In this document: positions 17,429 through 29,210 of the stretch, one piece after another
Position numbering within the stretch: position 1 is the stretch's first letter
How the letters are laid out: the number at the start of each line of letters is the position of its first letter
Assembly: GCA_020354125.1 (NCBI GenBank)
Contig: CP070643.1
Span: forward strand, 1,389,991-1,453,990
DNA from: Betaproteobacteria bacterium
Lineage (GTDB): Bacteria > Pseudomonadota > Gammaproteobacteria > Burkholderiales > Eutrophovitaceae
DNA: 64,000 bases
Reading direction: 5' to 3'
Notes under the pieces: model-generated
What the model was told of the DNA's origin: nothing
Database searches by the model: none
What the model saw: only the letters and a program-made list of their open reading frames with translations
Translations under genes and position numbers: made by a program

Positions 17429-18604
17429 TCACCCATTAGCACCACCGTCCGCACCTTCCATGAGCCGATCGACCACACCGGTTCGCAAAGCGTCTGCGAG
17501 CGTTTCCTCCGCTGGCGCTTCTCCCAGTACAACCTCTATCGCCCTTGCTGGTAGAACCCGCACGACTGCCTCGGGATTCGCTTCGACCCGCGCTACACCG
17601 GAGGCAAGCGCAACATAAATGCCACCCGCGGATTCTCCTTCGATACGGGTAACAAGCTCTACGCCGCGGCTGGAGGCAACACTCAGGCAAAGCGCCAGAT
17701 GGGCGACGTATTCGGAGAGAACCAACAATTCATCGCGCCGCGTTGCCGCTTGCCCCGGATAATCCACACTTAGTATGACCACCTCTTCACGTCCGGCACG
17801 CAGGACAGCGTCGGCGAGTTGCCATATTTCGGCAGCACCAACTGCCTCACCACGACGAAACAACTGTATCGCACCGTCCAGGGTAGGCGCTGGGGGTTCT
17901 ACGCCTGCCTCGCGCAGCCGTTGCTTCAGTCTTTGGTGCTGTGTCAGGACGTCGACCTGTTTATCGGCTGCCAATTCAAGCAGCTGCGCGAGCGTGTCAG
18001 CCGACAAAGCTTGCTCTTCGAAGACGATGTCGATCGCACCGGCCCGGGCGCGCGCGGGCACACCGAACAAAGCCCGAACGGCGTCGCGATCAGATGCATC
18101 GAGGTCCTTTCTGCCTGCGAGTCTTTCAATAATTGCAGGGCCAGACATGCCGATCCGTGCTCGTGGCAAGGCACCTCTTACGATACATAGCATCGCCAGC
18201 ATACTCGCGCCGCCAAAGCAGTCACGTTCAATCAGGGCAACCATCGGCACACCAGCAAGACGCAGATCGAGTGCCGCGCGATACATGCGGCGAAACGCTG
18301 CGAGTCCAGCCAGACCCGAAGTCAGTCTTGCTCCGCCAGAGTCGAGCGCGAGTACCAACGGCGTTCGCTCCGTACGACAACGCACAAGACAATTGCGCAG
18401 AAGATCGCTTTCATCGACGCCCAACGATCCACCGGCAACTGAGCGATCGGTCAATACAAGGCGCAACACGCGGCCTTTGCATCGCCCTTCAACGATACTC
18501 AGCGCATCGCTGGTTTCGATCAGCTTGGCACTACCCGGATCGAGCATCACTTCATAACGCGCCGCGTATTGCGAAGCGGGGCGGACATCGGTTGATTCTG
18601 TCAC
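17429..18604 (-). CDS. fused carboxyltransferase-fold protein resembling malonate decarboxylase beta+gamma (MdcD/MdcE-like)
   Basis: The N-half has LDSGGARL...CFGGASMLA, carboxyltransferase beta-like. The C-half has VDYPGQAATRRDELLVLSEYVAHLA...GESAGGIYVALA, MdcE/AccA-like. Only a 69-bp gap separates it from matB. Confidence 0.55.
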   Translation of the reverse strand: MTESTDVRPASQYAARYEVMLDPGSAKLIETSDALSIVEGRCKGRVLRLVLTDRSVAGGSLGVDESDLLRNCLVRCRTERTPLVLALDSGGARLTSGLAGLAAFRRMYRAALDLRLAGVPMVALIERDCFGGASMLAMLCIVRGALPRARIGMSGPAIIERLAGRKDLDASDRDAVRALFGVPARARAGAIDIVFEEQALSADTLAQLLELAADKQVDVLTQHQRLKQRLREAGVEPPAPTLDGAIQLFRRGEAVGAAEIWQLADAVLRAGREEVVILSVDYPGQAATRRDELLVLSEYVAHLALCLSVASSRGVELVTRIEGESAGGIYVALASGVARVEANPEAVVRVLPARAIEVVLGEAPAEETLADALRTGVVDRLMEGADGGANG

Positions 18605-18642
18605 CGTTGATCAATTCCGGTTTGATTTAGACACTCGGAGCA

Positions 18643-18706
18643 ATTAGACATCGCACCGATTAAACATCGCACCGATTAAACATTGCACCGATTAAACATT
18701 GCACCA
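18643..18706. repeat. 4 x 16-bp tandem repeat (attaaacatYgcaccg)
   Basis: Units are at 18643, 18659, 18675 and 18691. The last unit supplies the final codons and the TAA stop (18692-18694) of the M20 gene. Confidence 0.85.
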
Positions 18707-19822
18707 GTCGGCAATGACTTTTTCATACAGGCTGACCGAGGATTTGACGCGCTCAATCTCGCAATACTCGTCAGTCTGATGCGCCATGTGGGGCTCGCCG
18801 GGACCGAGAACCACGGTGGGTGGATTGCCGTAGGCCGGGGTCAGCGCCGCGGCATCGGTGAAGTAAGTCGCGACTTTCGGCTCCGGGCGCGAACCGACGT
18901 AAGGTTCACACATATCAAACACGCGCTGGATCCACGGATCATCCGGTTCGCTGTAGACGCTCTCCAGGTTGACAATCGTCTCCAGTTCCACCTCGGCCCC
19001 TAGTCGCTGCTGCAGCGCCTGGCGGATGTCTTCGTGCCGTGAGGTCGGTACGCTGCGGATGTCGATGGCGACGACCGCTTGGTCCGGAACCGAGTTGATA
19101 TTCAGTCCGCCATGCACGGTACCAACGTTCAGCGTTGCCTGACCCATCAATTCGTGCGGTGGGTTGTCAAACTTGAACTGCTCCAGCGTGGTAATGGCGC
19201 GTGCAGCTTTGTAAACGGCGTTGTCGCCGCGCTCAGGCATGGATCCATGCGCGGTCACGCCTCGCGTTTTTGCGTACAACCAGAACGCGCCTTTATGTCC
19301 GACGTAGGGGAAATTGGATGTCGGCTCGCCGACGACCACAGCACCAGCTCGATCGAGCGCGCCGTGCTGACGGACCAGATCAAATGCACCTTCACATCCG
19401 ATCTCCTCTCCAGCGGTGATAACCAACTCGAGCCCTGGCGTGCGCTCGAGCTTCGACGCAAGCGCAAGGGTCGCGATGACGAACGCGGCGACACCGCATT
19501 TCATGTCACTGGTACCACGACCATACAACCTGCCGTCATCTGTCTCTCCAGCGAACGGGTCCTTACTCCAGGGCGCGGCACCGAGCGGGACGGTATCGAT
19601 ATGGCCGGTCAGGCACAGCGGCGCTTTTTCGTCACTGCCACCGATGCGCGCGACCAGGCTCGCCCGCTTTTCGCCGAGCTTGTGATAGGCAACTTTGCAG
19701 CCGGCTGACTCGAGCAACGAGCCGAGATAGCGCGCGCAGGCTTCCTCATCGCCCGGCGGATTGATGGTATTCATTCGCACAATTTTTTTGGTCAGTTCCA
19801 CTGCATCCAGTGGCTTGGTCAT
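18692..19822 (-). CDS. M20-family deacylase (ArgE/DapE family)
   Basis: 376 aa. The metal-ligand pattern GHIDTV...GRGTSDMK...AGEEIG is typical of ArgE/DapE peptidase M20. Confidence 0.85.
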   Translation of the reverse strand: MTKPLDAVELTKKIVRMNTINPPGDEEACARYLGSLLESAGCKVAYHKLGEKRASLVARIGGSDEKAPLCLTGHIDTVPLGAAPWSKDPFAGETDDGRLYGRGTSDMKCGVAAFVIATLALASKLERTPGLELVITAGEEIGCEGAFDLVRQHGALDRAGAVVVGEPTSNFPYVGHKGAFWLYAKTRGVTAHGSMPERGDNAVYKAARAITTLEQFKFDNPPHELMGQATLNVGTVHGGLNINSVPDQAVVAIDIRSVPTSRHEDIRQALQQRLGAEVELETIVNLESVYSEPDDPWIQRVFDMCEPYVGSRPEPKVATYFTDAAALTPAYGNPPTVVLGPGEPHMAHQTDEYCEIERVKSSVSLYEKVIADWCNV

Positions 19823-19861
19823 GACATTCTCCCGTCCTGGTTCTACTGCCTGCGACGCCGC

Positions 19862-20575
19862 TCAGCCTCCAAAATACGCAGCGCGTACTTCCTCGTTGTC
19901 ACGCAAATGAACCGCGTCGCCCTCGGCAACGATGCGGCCCTGAGCAAGAACATAACCACGATGCGCTATGTCGAGCGTCTGCCTGACGTTCTGTTCGACC
20001 AACAATACCGTAACGCCAAGTTCATTAATGCGCTTAATGACCCTGAAATTCTCTTTCACCAACAGGGGCGACAAACCCAACGATGGTTCGTCCACGATGA
20101 GCAATTTGGGCGCACTCATTAAGCCCCTGCCAATTGACAACATGGCCTGCTCTCCGCCCGACATGGTGCCGGCAAGTTGGTCGGCACGTTCTTTCAGGCG
20201 CGGAAAGATCGCAAATACCTCGGCGAAGCGTTTCTTGATGGCCTCGCGATCCGATTCCGTATAAGCACCAACACGGAGATTTTCTTCAACACTCATTCGG
20301 GGAAACACCCGCCGTCCTTCTGGAATACAGGTCACACCGAGCGCGGCAATGCGGTGCGTAGATTGGTGGGTAATATCATGATCGCCAAAGCAAATGCGCC
20401 CACTGCGCGCCGGCGTTAAACCCAGAATGGCACGGATGAGCGTCGTCTTGCCGGCGCCGTTCGAACCGAGCAGGCAGGTAATTTGTCCCTCGGAAACGGT
20501 CAGCGATACACCGCTGAGGACATCGGCCTGGTCATATCCGCTGACAACGTTTTCGACTACAAGCGGTTCGCTCAC
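19862..20575 (-). CDS. livF: branched-chain amino acid-type ABC transporter ATPase (LivF family)
   Basis: Walker A GSNGAGKTT, signature MSGGEQ, Walker B LLIVDEPSLGL. It is the last gene of a five-gene HAAT-family operon. Confidence 0.85.
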   Translation of the reverse strand: MSEPLVVENVVSGYDQADVLSGVSLTVSEGQITCLLGSNGAGKTTLIRAILGLTPARSGRICFGDHDITHQSTHRIAALGVTCIPEGRRVFPRMSVEENLRVGAYTESDREAIKKRFAEVFAIFPRLKERADQLAGTMSGGEQAMLSIGRGLMSAPKLLIVDEPSLGLSPLLVKENFRVIKRINELGVTVLLVEQNVRQTLDIAHRGYVLAQGRIVAEGDAVHLRDNEEVRAAYFGG

Positions 20576-20592
20576 CGATAATTCCTCATGAC

Positions 20593-21384
20593 TCAGTCCT
20601 CGCCCAGATAGGCCGCACGCACCCGATCGTCGTTGGCGACATCACGATAACCGCCCTCGGCGATTTTCTGACCGTAGTTGAGCACCACACAGCGATCGGT
20701 AACGCGCTCGATGACACCCATTTCATGCTCGATCAAAACGATTGCAAGACCGGGCATGCGTTCACGTGACGCCAGCAGATCATCCATCAAGGCACGTGTT
20801 TCCTCATGCGTCATTCCCGCCGATGGCTCATCGAGCAACAGAATCTTTGGCTGACTTATCAGGGCCCGACATACCTCGACACGCCGCCGATCGATCATTG
20901 GCAGCTGCGAAACCGGATCGAGCAGACGCGAAGCCAATGGCGCACTGAATTGTTCGAGCAACATGCGACTGTTCTCGATGTTCTCCATGATCTGCTTTTC
21001 CAGGCGTCGGCGGGCAAACAAATTTGTGACGATGCCTTGATCGAGATTTCGATGGTTGCCGATCATCAGGTTATCGAATACCGATAAGCTCGACGCCAGC
21101 CGCAGACGCTGGAAGGTGCGCGTAATCCCGGAATCGTAAATTTGCTGTGGGCGCAGCCCGGTAATGTCTTCACCAGATAATGTGACGCGTCCCGACGCAG
21201 GCGCATAAATTCCCGTCAAGGCATTGAAGAATGTTGTTTTCCCCGAGCCATTGGGTCCAATCAGCCCGACGAATTCTCCCTCGTGCAACTCGAACTCGAG
21301 TGCATTCAATGCCACGAGTCCACCGAATCGCACGCTCAGGCCTTCAACCGAGAGTATCGGTTCGTTTCGGATGGCCTCACTCAC
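20593..21384 (-). CDS. livG: branched-chain amino acid-type ABC transporter ATPase (LivG family)
   Basis: Walker A GPNGSGKTT, Walker B ILLLDEPSAGM, and a LivG-type C-terminal extension. Confidence 0.85.
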   Translation of the reverse strand: MSEAIRNEPILSVEGLSVRFGGLVALNALEFELHEGEFVGLIGPNGSGKTTFFNALTGIYAPASGRVTLSGEDITGLRPQQIYDSGITRTFQRLRLASSLSVFDNLMIGNHRNLDQGIVTNLFARRRLEKQIMENIENSRMLLEQFSAPLASRLLDPVSQLPMIDRRRVEVCRALISQPKILLLDEPSAGMTHEETRALMDDLLASRERMPGLAIVLIEHEMGVIERVTDRCVVLNYGQKIAEGGYRDVANDDRVRAAYLGED

Positions 21385-22538
21385 GATCGACTCCAGGCAG
21401 CGAAATACTCACGCATTTTTCGAGGCAACAATCCCTCTGGCCGAAACCGGAGAATCAGTATCACCAATACCGCGAACAACAGGAAACGATATTCCTGGAT
21501 GATCTGCAGTTTCTCGGGTAACACGACAACCAGCAATGCGGCGGGCAAAACCCCGAGTGGATTGCCACTGCCACCGAGCAAAACAATCGACACCAGCAGC
21601 AGCGAATCACCAAAGTTAAAACTCGCGGGAGCGATAAAGCCTGACATCATCGCGTAGACCGCGCCGGCAAAACCGGCCAGACAATTACCAACTGTAAACG
21701 CGAATATCTTCCAGCGTGGCACGTCGATCCCGAACGACGCCGCAGCCGTTTCATCGGTACGGATGGCATCGAGGTTCAAGCCGATCCAGGAGCGCTCGAG
21801 ACGCTTGACCAGAATGTAGGCACCCGCCGCCAGCAACAGAGCGACAACAGCGTAGGAAGCATAAAAGGACACGCTACCCAACGGGCCCAGTGAAATATTG
21901 TCGTTCAGCGACCAGCCGAGAATTTGCATTCCGGGCACCTTGAGGCCTTGCGGACCGCCCAGTACATCGCTGACCTCCAGGAAAGTGCGAAACAGGATGC
22001 CGAAAGCGATCGTCACCAATGCTGCGTAATGGCCGCGCGTCCTGAGCAAGGGCAGGATCAACACCGAACCGATCAGGCCGGCAACAAGACCGGCAATGAT
22101 GATCACGAGCAGATGCGGAACGCCGGTGTGCGCAGTGAGTACAGCCGTCGTATAGGCACCAATGCCAAAAAACGCGATGCCGGCGAAATTGACAATGCCT
22201 GTGTAACCGAACTGTATTGTCAGGCCCAGACACACCGTGACGTACAAGAACACGGTCGCCAGCATCAGCAAAGCGAAGTGCTCACCGCGAAGCAATACAA
22301 TCACTGCTAAAGCAGCAACAAAGTTAACAACGATCGTTGTACGCGGGTGATCAGAGGCAGCTGCTTCGATCCGTCCCAAAAAACCGAAACGCACAGCGGA
22401 ATACAGTGCAGCAACCAAACCCACTGCCAGCACAGCGATCTCCCACTGCTCCTCAAGGTAGAGAAACAGGAGCACAAACACCGCGGCAAACACTGCCGAT
22501 GCTACGACTGGCCAGTAACTACGGTTCGTTATCGGCAT
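21381..22538 (-). CDS. livM: HAAT-family ABC permease (LivM family)
   Basis: A 385-aa polytopic permease whose stop overlaps the livG start. Confidence 0.8.
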   Translation of the reverse strand: MPITNRSYWPVVASAVFAAVFVLLFLYLEEQWEIAVLAVGLVAALYSAVRFGFLGRIEAAASDHPRTTIVVNFVAALAVIVLLRGEHFALLMLATVFLYVTVCLGLTIQFGYTGIVNFAGIAFFGIGAYTTAVLTAHTGVPHLLVIIIAGLVAGLIGSVLILPLLRTRGHYAALVTIAFGILFRTFLEVSDVLGGPQGLKVPGMQILGWSLNDNISLGPLGSVSFYASYAVVALLLAAGAYILVKRLERSWIGLNLDAIRTDETAAASFGIDVPRWKIFAFTVGNCLAGFAGAVYAMMSGFIAPASFNFGDSLLLVSIVLLGGSGNPLGVLPAALLVVVLPEKLQIIQEYRFLLFAVLVILILRFRPEGLLPRKMREYFAAWSRS

Positions 22539-22542
22539 CGAT

Positions 22543-23460
22543 CTAGACTCGCTCAGCCGACTTCGCGGCGAGAAGGCCGGTTGGTTTCCAGGCCATTAAT
22601 GCAATGATGCAGGCGAACGCAAACACATCCTTGTATGCCGGTACCGAGAACCAGACGGCACCAATCGTTTGCAGAGCAGCAAATAGAAAACCACCGATAA
22701 TCGCGCCGTACAAGCTACCCAAACCACCGACGACCGCAGCACTGAAGCCGATCACGCCGAGCAGCAAGCCCATTCCGAAGTTCACTTCGCTGTAGTACAG
22801 GCCGTTGGTGACCCCGGCCAGCGCCGCGAGTGCCGAACCAAGACCGAAGGTGGCCAGAACAACGCGTTCGAAATTGATGCCCATCAAGCGGGCTGTTTCC
22901 GGATCCTGGGCCACAGCCCGTATCGCCAACCCAATCCGGCTGCGTTCGATCAGCATGTGGACACCAATGATTGCGCCGAGCCCAACGATGATCAGCAACA
23001 CACTATCGAAGCGAAGCTCGAGGTTACCGAGACTCAGCGACAGGTCGGGCAGTAGTTGCGGAAACGGCTTGGGGTTCGAACCGTTCGGATAGAACAGTCT
23101 GACCGACTCGCGCAATGCGAGGCCGAACATCAATGTAATCAGGAGCGTGTTAAGCGGTGGTGCGTTACGTAACGGCAGAATCAAAAACTTCGCCAATAGC
23201 GCACCGAGCAACGCCATTGCGGCTATTCCGGCGAGGGTAATGAACACGGCAGCGAAAGTCGGGTAGCCCAGTCCCAGCAACTCGAGGCCTGCATACGTCG
23301 CCAGAGCGGTGAACGCGCCCGCCATCACCACATCACCATGGGAAAACTTGATGACGTCGAGGACGCCGAAGAAGAGCGTGAACCCGACCGCCACCATGGC
23401 GTAAATCACGCCAAGCACGATACCGTTCAGCAAATACTGGGCAATGAAGCCGAGGTCCAT
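22543..23460 (-). CDS. livH: HAAT-family ABC permease (LivH family)
   Basis: A 305-aa polytopic permease with a typical LivH N-terminus (YLLNGIVLGVIYAMVAVGFTL). Confidence 0.85.
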   Translation of the reverse strand: MDLGFIAQYLLNGIVLGVIYAMVAVGFTLFFGVLDVIKFSHGDVVMAGAFTALATYAGLELLGLGYPTFAAVFITLAGIAAMALLGALLAKFLILPLRNAPPLNTLLITLMFGLALRESVRLFYPNGSNPKPFPQLLPDLSLSLGNLELRFDSVLLIIVGLGAIIGVHMLIERSRIGLAIRAVAQDPETARLMGINFERVVLATFGLGSALAALAGVTNGLYYSEVNFGMGLLLGVIGFSAAVVGGLGSLYGAIIGGFLFAALQTIGAVWFSVPAYKDVFAFACIIALMAWKPTGLLAAKSAERV

Positions 23461-23479
23461 GGCGTACGCTCGCCGGCTG

Positions 23480-24640
23480 TCAGCTTCCGGGCAACTTGCG
23501 CTTGCCTGACGCGTATTCGCTTTCTTCCCACACTACCCACTTGCCGTCCTGGATGACGTAGCGGGTAATTAACGCAACCGTGTTCTGGCCATGCTCGTCG
23601 AACGTAACCGGACCAACGACCGAATCATGGTCCCGCGTAGCGTTCAGTTCCTGCATGACCAATTTGCGATCCGGGCCGACTTTCTCAATCGCGTCGATGA
23701 TCAGGTTGGCAGCTGCAAACGCAAACGCGCCATAGGCTTCCGGCGGCTCGCCAAAATCCTGCTGTTGATATTGCGAAAGAAAGCTTTCGCCGCCCGGCAA
23801 TTTCTCCACCGGCGCACCTTCCCGAAACGCAAGTACGCCTTCGGCCAACGGCCCCAGGCCATCGATGAACGCGTCGGAGACGATGCCCGATGTGCCCTGG
23901 AAGACTGCGTTGATACCAAGCTTCTCCATCTGCGAGCGCAAACGCACGCCAGTCGGAGCGAGTCCGCCAAAATAAATGACGTCGGGATCGAGTTCTTTGA
24001 CTTTGGTAAGTTCGGCGTTGAAGTCCTGCTGATCGGCACTGACACCGAAGGTGCCAACGATTCTGCCGCCCTTGTCGATGACGAATTTTGAGAAGTAACG
24101 GTTGTGCCCCTTGCCATAATCAGTCGTGTCATGAACGACCGCCCATGTTTTGTACCCCTGTTGCAACATGAAATCGGCCGCAACCTCATTCTGGTTGATC
24201 ATCGTTCCATTGACACGATGCACTTCGGCGTAGTCGTTGCCGTAAGTGATGTCGGGCAGCACTGCGCCCCACACAACAACCGGTAAGCCAAACTTGTGAT
24301 AGACATCCACGGTTCCCATGGCTACAGCGGAGCAGTAATGGGTCACGCCGGCGACAATGTGTTTGTCCGCAGCAACCTTGGTTGCCACTTGCACACCGAT
24401 ATTCGGTTTACATTCGTCGTCCAGTGCAACCAACTCGTATTTGTATTTGCTGGATGAATCGGCGTTCTGTAGTCGAATCGCAAGTTCGGCGGAATTGCGT
24501 CCACCCAGACCGTTAGCTGACACGCCTCCGGTAAGCGGTCCAATAAAAGCAACCTTGACGGTTTCTTTATCGTCCGACGCACAGCCAGCAACGCCAAGCA
24601 TGAACAAAAGTGTGATCAGTGTTACGTAGTGTCGTTTCAT
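23480..24640 (-). CDS. ABC substrate-binding lipoprotein, LivK/amide-urea PBP1 family
   Basis: MKRHYVTLITLLFMLGVAGC carries a lipobox, and the body is type-1 periplasmic-binding fold. The ORF-track start at 24655 is 5 codons further upstream. Confidence 0.8.
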   Translation of the reverse strand: MKRHYVTLITLLFMLGVAGCASDDKETVKVAFIGPLTGGVSANGLGGRNSAELAIRLQNADSSSKYKYELVALDDECKPNIGVQVATKVAADKHIVAGVTHYCSAVAMGTVDVYHKFGLPVVVWGAVLPDITYGNDYAEVHRVNGTMINQNEVAADFMLQQGYKTWAVVHDTTDYGKGHNRYFSKFVIDKGGRIVGTFGVSADQQDFNAELTKVKELDPDVIYFGGLAPTGVRLRSQMEKLGINAVFQGTSGIVSDAFIDGLGPLAEGVLAFREGAPVEKLPGGESFLSQYQQQDFGEPPEAYGAFAFAAANLIIDAIEKVGPDRKLVMQELNATRDHDSVVGPVTFDEHGQNTVALITRYVIQDGKWVVWEESEYASGKRKLPGS

Positions 24641-24756
24641 AATGGCCCCAATCAACCGGTTGCCTGCCCGCTGAATATTCGCCTATGCAGCCTGGTTCGC
24701 GCGGGAAGAGAGGATGTCAACGAAGTCGACACGCAATTGTGACCGATAGACAGTCA

Positions 24757-24786
24757 CAAAAAAAGAGCAGCCAACCGGCTGCTCCT
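24757..24786 (-). terminator. rho-independent terminator of the atp operon
   Basis: The reverse strand reads gagcagcc-ggtt-ggctgctc followed by ttttttt (plus-strand A-run at 24758-24764). It lies 25 bp after the atpC stop. Confidence 0.75.
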
Positions 24787-24810
24787 CGTATCGTCCGACG
24801 ACTCGCCAGA

Positions 24811-25230
24811 TCAATGGCGTCGTATTCTGCGAATCGCCGCGAGTTGTGCTGCCAGCTCCGCGAGTTCGCCTTCGACGGTAGCGATTTCCTGTTTGTCGGT
24901 CGCATTTCGCAATGCTTCTTCGGCACGCTTTTGCGCCTCCAGGGCTTTCGCTTCATCCAGGTCATGGCCACGAATAGCCGTATCAGCGAGCACTGTGACC
25001 ATCGCCGGCTGGACTTCAAGGATGCCGCCAGCAACGAAGATCAACTGCTCTTCGCCACCGCCCTCGGGCTGGATACGAATCGTGCCCGGCTTGATGCGTG
25101 TGATCAGAGGTGTATGACGCGGATAAATGCCGAGCTCGCCGGCTTCGCCCGGCAAAACGACAAATGTCGCTTCGCCCGAGAATACCGACTCTTCGGCACT
25201 AACTACTTCCACTTGTATCGTGTTTGCCAT
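24811..25230 (-). CDS. atpC: F0F1 ATP synthase subunit epsilon
   Basis: 139 aa, the last gene of the atp operon, with typical epsilon sequence ([13 protein letters not shown]). Confidence 0.95.
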   Translation of the reverse strand: MANTIQVEVVSAEESVFSGEATFVVLPGEAGELGIYPRHTPLITRIKPGTIRIQPEGGGEEQLIFVAGGILEVQPAMVTVLADTAIRGHDLDEAKALEAQKRAEEALRNATDKQEIATVEGELAELAAQLAAIRRIRRH

Positions 25231-25284
25231 AACTGCCTCGTAAAGTACGTCTGTGAATGTCGCCCGCTGGTTCGCCTTAGCCGC

Positions 25285-26718
<1,434 letters not shown>

Positions 26719-26752
26719 TCAAAATCTAATGTGTATTCGTCAGACCGCACTT

Positions 26753-27616
26753 CTAAACTGCGGCGGCTCCGCCGACGATCTCGGCAAGTTCCTTGGTAAT
26801 GGCTGCCTGACGCGATTTGTTGTAGATCAGCGTCAGTTCATCTATCAGTGTCGCCGCGTTGTCGGATGCCGACTTCATCGCCACCATGCGGGCGGACTGC
26901 TCGGATGACATGTTCTCGGCAACCGACTGGAAAATCACCGCTTCGATGTAGCGAGTTAGCACCTGGTCAAGAACGCTCTTGGCTTCCGGCTCATAAATGT
27001 AGTCCCAGGATCCTTCAGGCGCCCCAAGCCGCTCACCACTGATCGGGAGCAGCTGTTCCATCATCGGCTCCTGTTTCATCGTGTTTATGAACTTGGTGTA
27101 GAACAGAATGACTCTATCGAACCGATCCGCCATGTAACCGTCGAGCATGATCTTGACGGCGCCGATGATTTGCTCGAGGCGGGGGCGATCACCCAGACCA
27201 CTAACCTCAGAGATAATGTTGGCGCCGAGCCGCTGCATGAAACCGAGTCCTTTGCCGCCAATGCAGCAGACGTCGATCTCCTCGCCCTCTTCCTGCCATT
27301 GTTTATATTGGCCCAGAGCCATGCGCAGTACGTTGGTGTTGAGCGCACCGCACAGACCCTTGTCGGTGGTCACAACTATCATTCCAATCCGCTTGACGGT
27401 ATCGCGCTCAACCAGAAACGGATGACGGTACTCCGGGTTGGCATGCGAAATGTGCGCTGCGACGTTGCGGATTTTCTCGGCATACGGTCGTGCAGCCCGC
27501 ATACGCTCCTGTGCTTTGCGCATCTTTGACGCCGCGACCATCTCCATGGCTTTGGTGATCTTGCGAGTGTTCTGGACACTCTTGATCTTGGTACGTATTT
27601 CCTTCGTGCCTGGCAT
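26753..27616 (-). CDS. atpG: F0F1 ATP synthase subunit gamma
   Basis: 287 aa, with N-terminal [32 protein letters not shown]. Confidence 0.95.
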   Translation of the reverse strand: MPGTKEIRTKIKSVQNTRKITKAMEMVAASKMRKAQERMRAARPYAEKIRNVAAHISHANPEYRHPFLVERDTVKRIGMIVVTTDKGLCGALNTNVLRMALGQYKQWQEEGEEIDVCCIGGKGLGFMQRLGANIISEVSGLGDRPRLEQIIGAVKIMLDGYMADRFDRVILFYTKFINTMKQEPMMEQLLPISGERLGAPEGSWDYIYEPEAKSVLDQVLTRYIEAVIFQSVAENMSSEQSARMVAMKSASDNAATLIDELTLIYNKSRQAAITKELAEIVGGAAAV

Positions 27617-27650
27617 TGTTAGCCTTTATACGTGGCGTTATCTACGTCGG

Positions 27651-29198
27651 TTAGTAAGTTCCGTTCGCCTTCCAGTCGGCGATCGCTTCCATCAGCGCCT
27701 TCTCATCGTCTTCGCTCAAATTCTTCTGCTCATCTATGCGTTTTATGAGTTCCGGGTACTTGCCCTTGATGTAATCACGCATCGACTTTTCAGCTGCTAG
27801 CGCCTTGTTGACGTCGATGTCATCAAATACATCGTTGTTGACGGCGAACAGCGTCAGCGCCATTTCCCATACTTCGAGCGGCTGGTACTGCGGCTGCTTC
27901 ATGAGTTCCGTCACCATACGACCGCGCTCGAGTTGTCGACGCGTCGCTTCGTCAAGATCTGACGCGAACTGGGCAAATGCCGCCAGTTCGCGATACTGGG
28001 CGAGCGCCAGACGCACGCCACCGCCAGTGTCCTTGCGTTTCATGATCTTGGTCTGGGCGGCACCACCAACGCGTGACACAGATACACCGGCATTGATGGC
28101 CGGGCGAATACCGGCGTTGAACAGATCGGTCTCGAGGAAGATCTGACCATCGGTAATCGAGATCACATTGGTCGGCACGAACGCGGACACGTCACCGGCC
28201 TGGGTTTCAATGATCGGCAATGCGGTAAGCGATCCGGTCTTGCCTTTGACTTCGCCATTAGTGTGCTCCTCAACCCATTCGGGGGAAACACGCGCGGCCC
28301 GCTCGAGCAGGCGGGAGTGCAGATAGAAGACGTCTCCCGGATACGCCTCCCTTCCCGGCGGACGGCGCAGCAATAGCGAGATCTGGCGATAAGCCCACGC
28401 CTGTTTGGTCAGGTCATCGTAGATGATCAGTGCATCCTGGCCGCGATCACGGAAATACTCACCCATGGTGCATCCCGAGTAAGCGGCGATGTACTGCATG
28501 GCGGCCGATTCGGAAGCCGTTGCAGCAACGACGATGGTGTAATCCATCGCGCCGAACTCTTCGAGTTTGCGTACCACGTTGGCAACCGTCGACGCCTTTT
28601 GGCCTATCGCAACGTAAACGCAGAACAGATCCTTGCCCTTCTGGTTGATAATAGTGTCGACCGCCACGGCGGTCTTGCCGGTCTGGCGGTCACCAATAAT
28701 GAGTTCACGCTGGCCGCGCCCGATCGGCACCATTGAGTCGATCGACTTCAATCCCGTTTGCACCGGCTCCGACACTGACTGACGCCAGATGACACCAGGC
28801 GCCACCTTCTCGATAACGTCAGTTTTCTCGGCGTTGATCGGGCCTTTGCCGTCGATCGGCTGACCCAGTGCGTCGACCACGCGGCCTATCAACTCAGGTC
28901 CAACCGGCACGGCCAGAATGCGGCCAGTGCACTTGACAGTGTCACCTTCGGTAATGTGTGTGTAATCACCGAGCACCACGGCGCCAACTGAGTCGCGCTC
29001 CAGGTTCAGTGCCAGTCCAAACGTGTTGCCGGGAAACTCGAGCATCTCACCTTGCATCACGTCCGACAAACCGTGAACCCGGCAAATGCCGTCGGTCACG
29101 GATACAACCGTACCCTGGGTCTTTGCCTCTGCCGACGTCGCAAGGTTCTCAATCTTGCTCTTGATCAGTTCGCTGATCTCGGAGGGGTTTAATTGCAT
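27651..29198 (-). CDS. atpA: F0F1 ATP synthase subunit alpha
   Basis: 515 aa, with Walker A GDRQTGKT. Confidence 0.97.
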   Translation of the reverse strand: MQLNPSEISELIKSKIENLATSAEAKTQGTVVSVTDGICRVHGLSDVMQGEMLEFPGNTFGLALNLERDSVGAVVLGDYTHITEGDTVKCTGRILAVPVGPELIGRVVDALGQPIDGKGPINAEKTDVIEKVAPGVIWRQSVSEPVQTGLKSIDSMVPIGRGQRELIIGDRQTGKTAVAVDTIINQKGKDLFCVYVAIGQKASTVANVVRKLEEFGAMDYTIVVAATASESAAMQYIAAYSGCTMGEYFRDRGQDALIIYDDLTKQAWAYRQISLLLRRPPGREAYPGDVFYLHSRLLERAARVSPEWVEEHTNGEVKGKTGSLTALPIIETQAGDVSAFVPTNVISITDGQIFLETDLFNAGIRPAINAGVSVSRVGGAAQTKIMKRKDTGGGVRLALAQYRELAAFAQFASDLDEATRRQLERGRMVTELMKQPQYQPLEVWEMALTLFAVNNDVFDDIDVNKALAAEKSMRDYIKGKYPELIKRIDEQKNLSEDDEKALMEAIADWKANGTY

Positions 29199-29210
29199 CG
29201 ATCAATGCTC

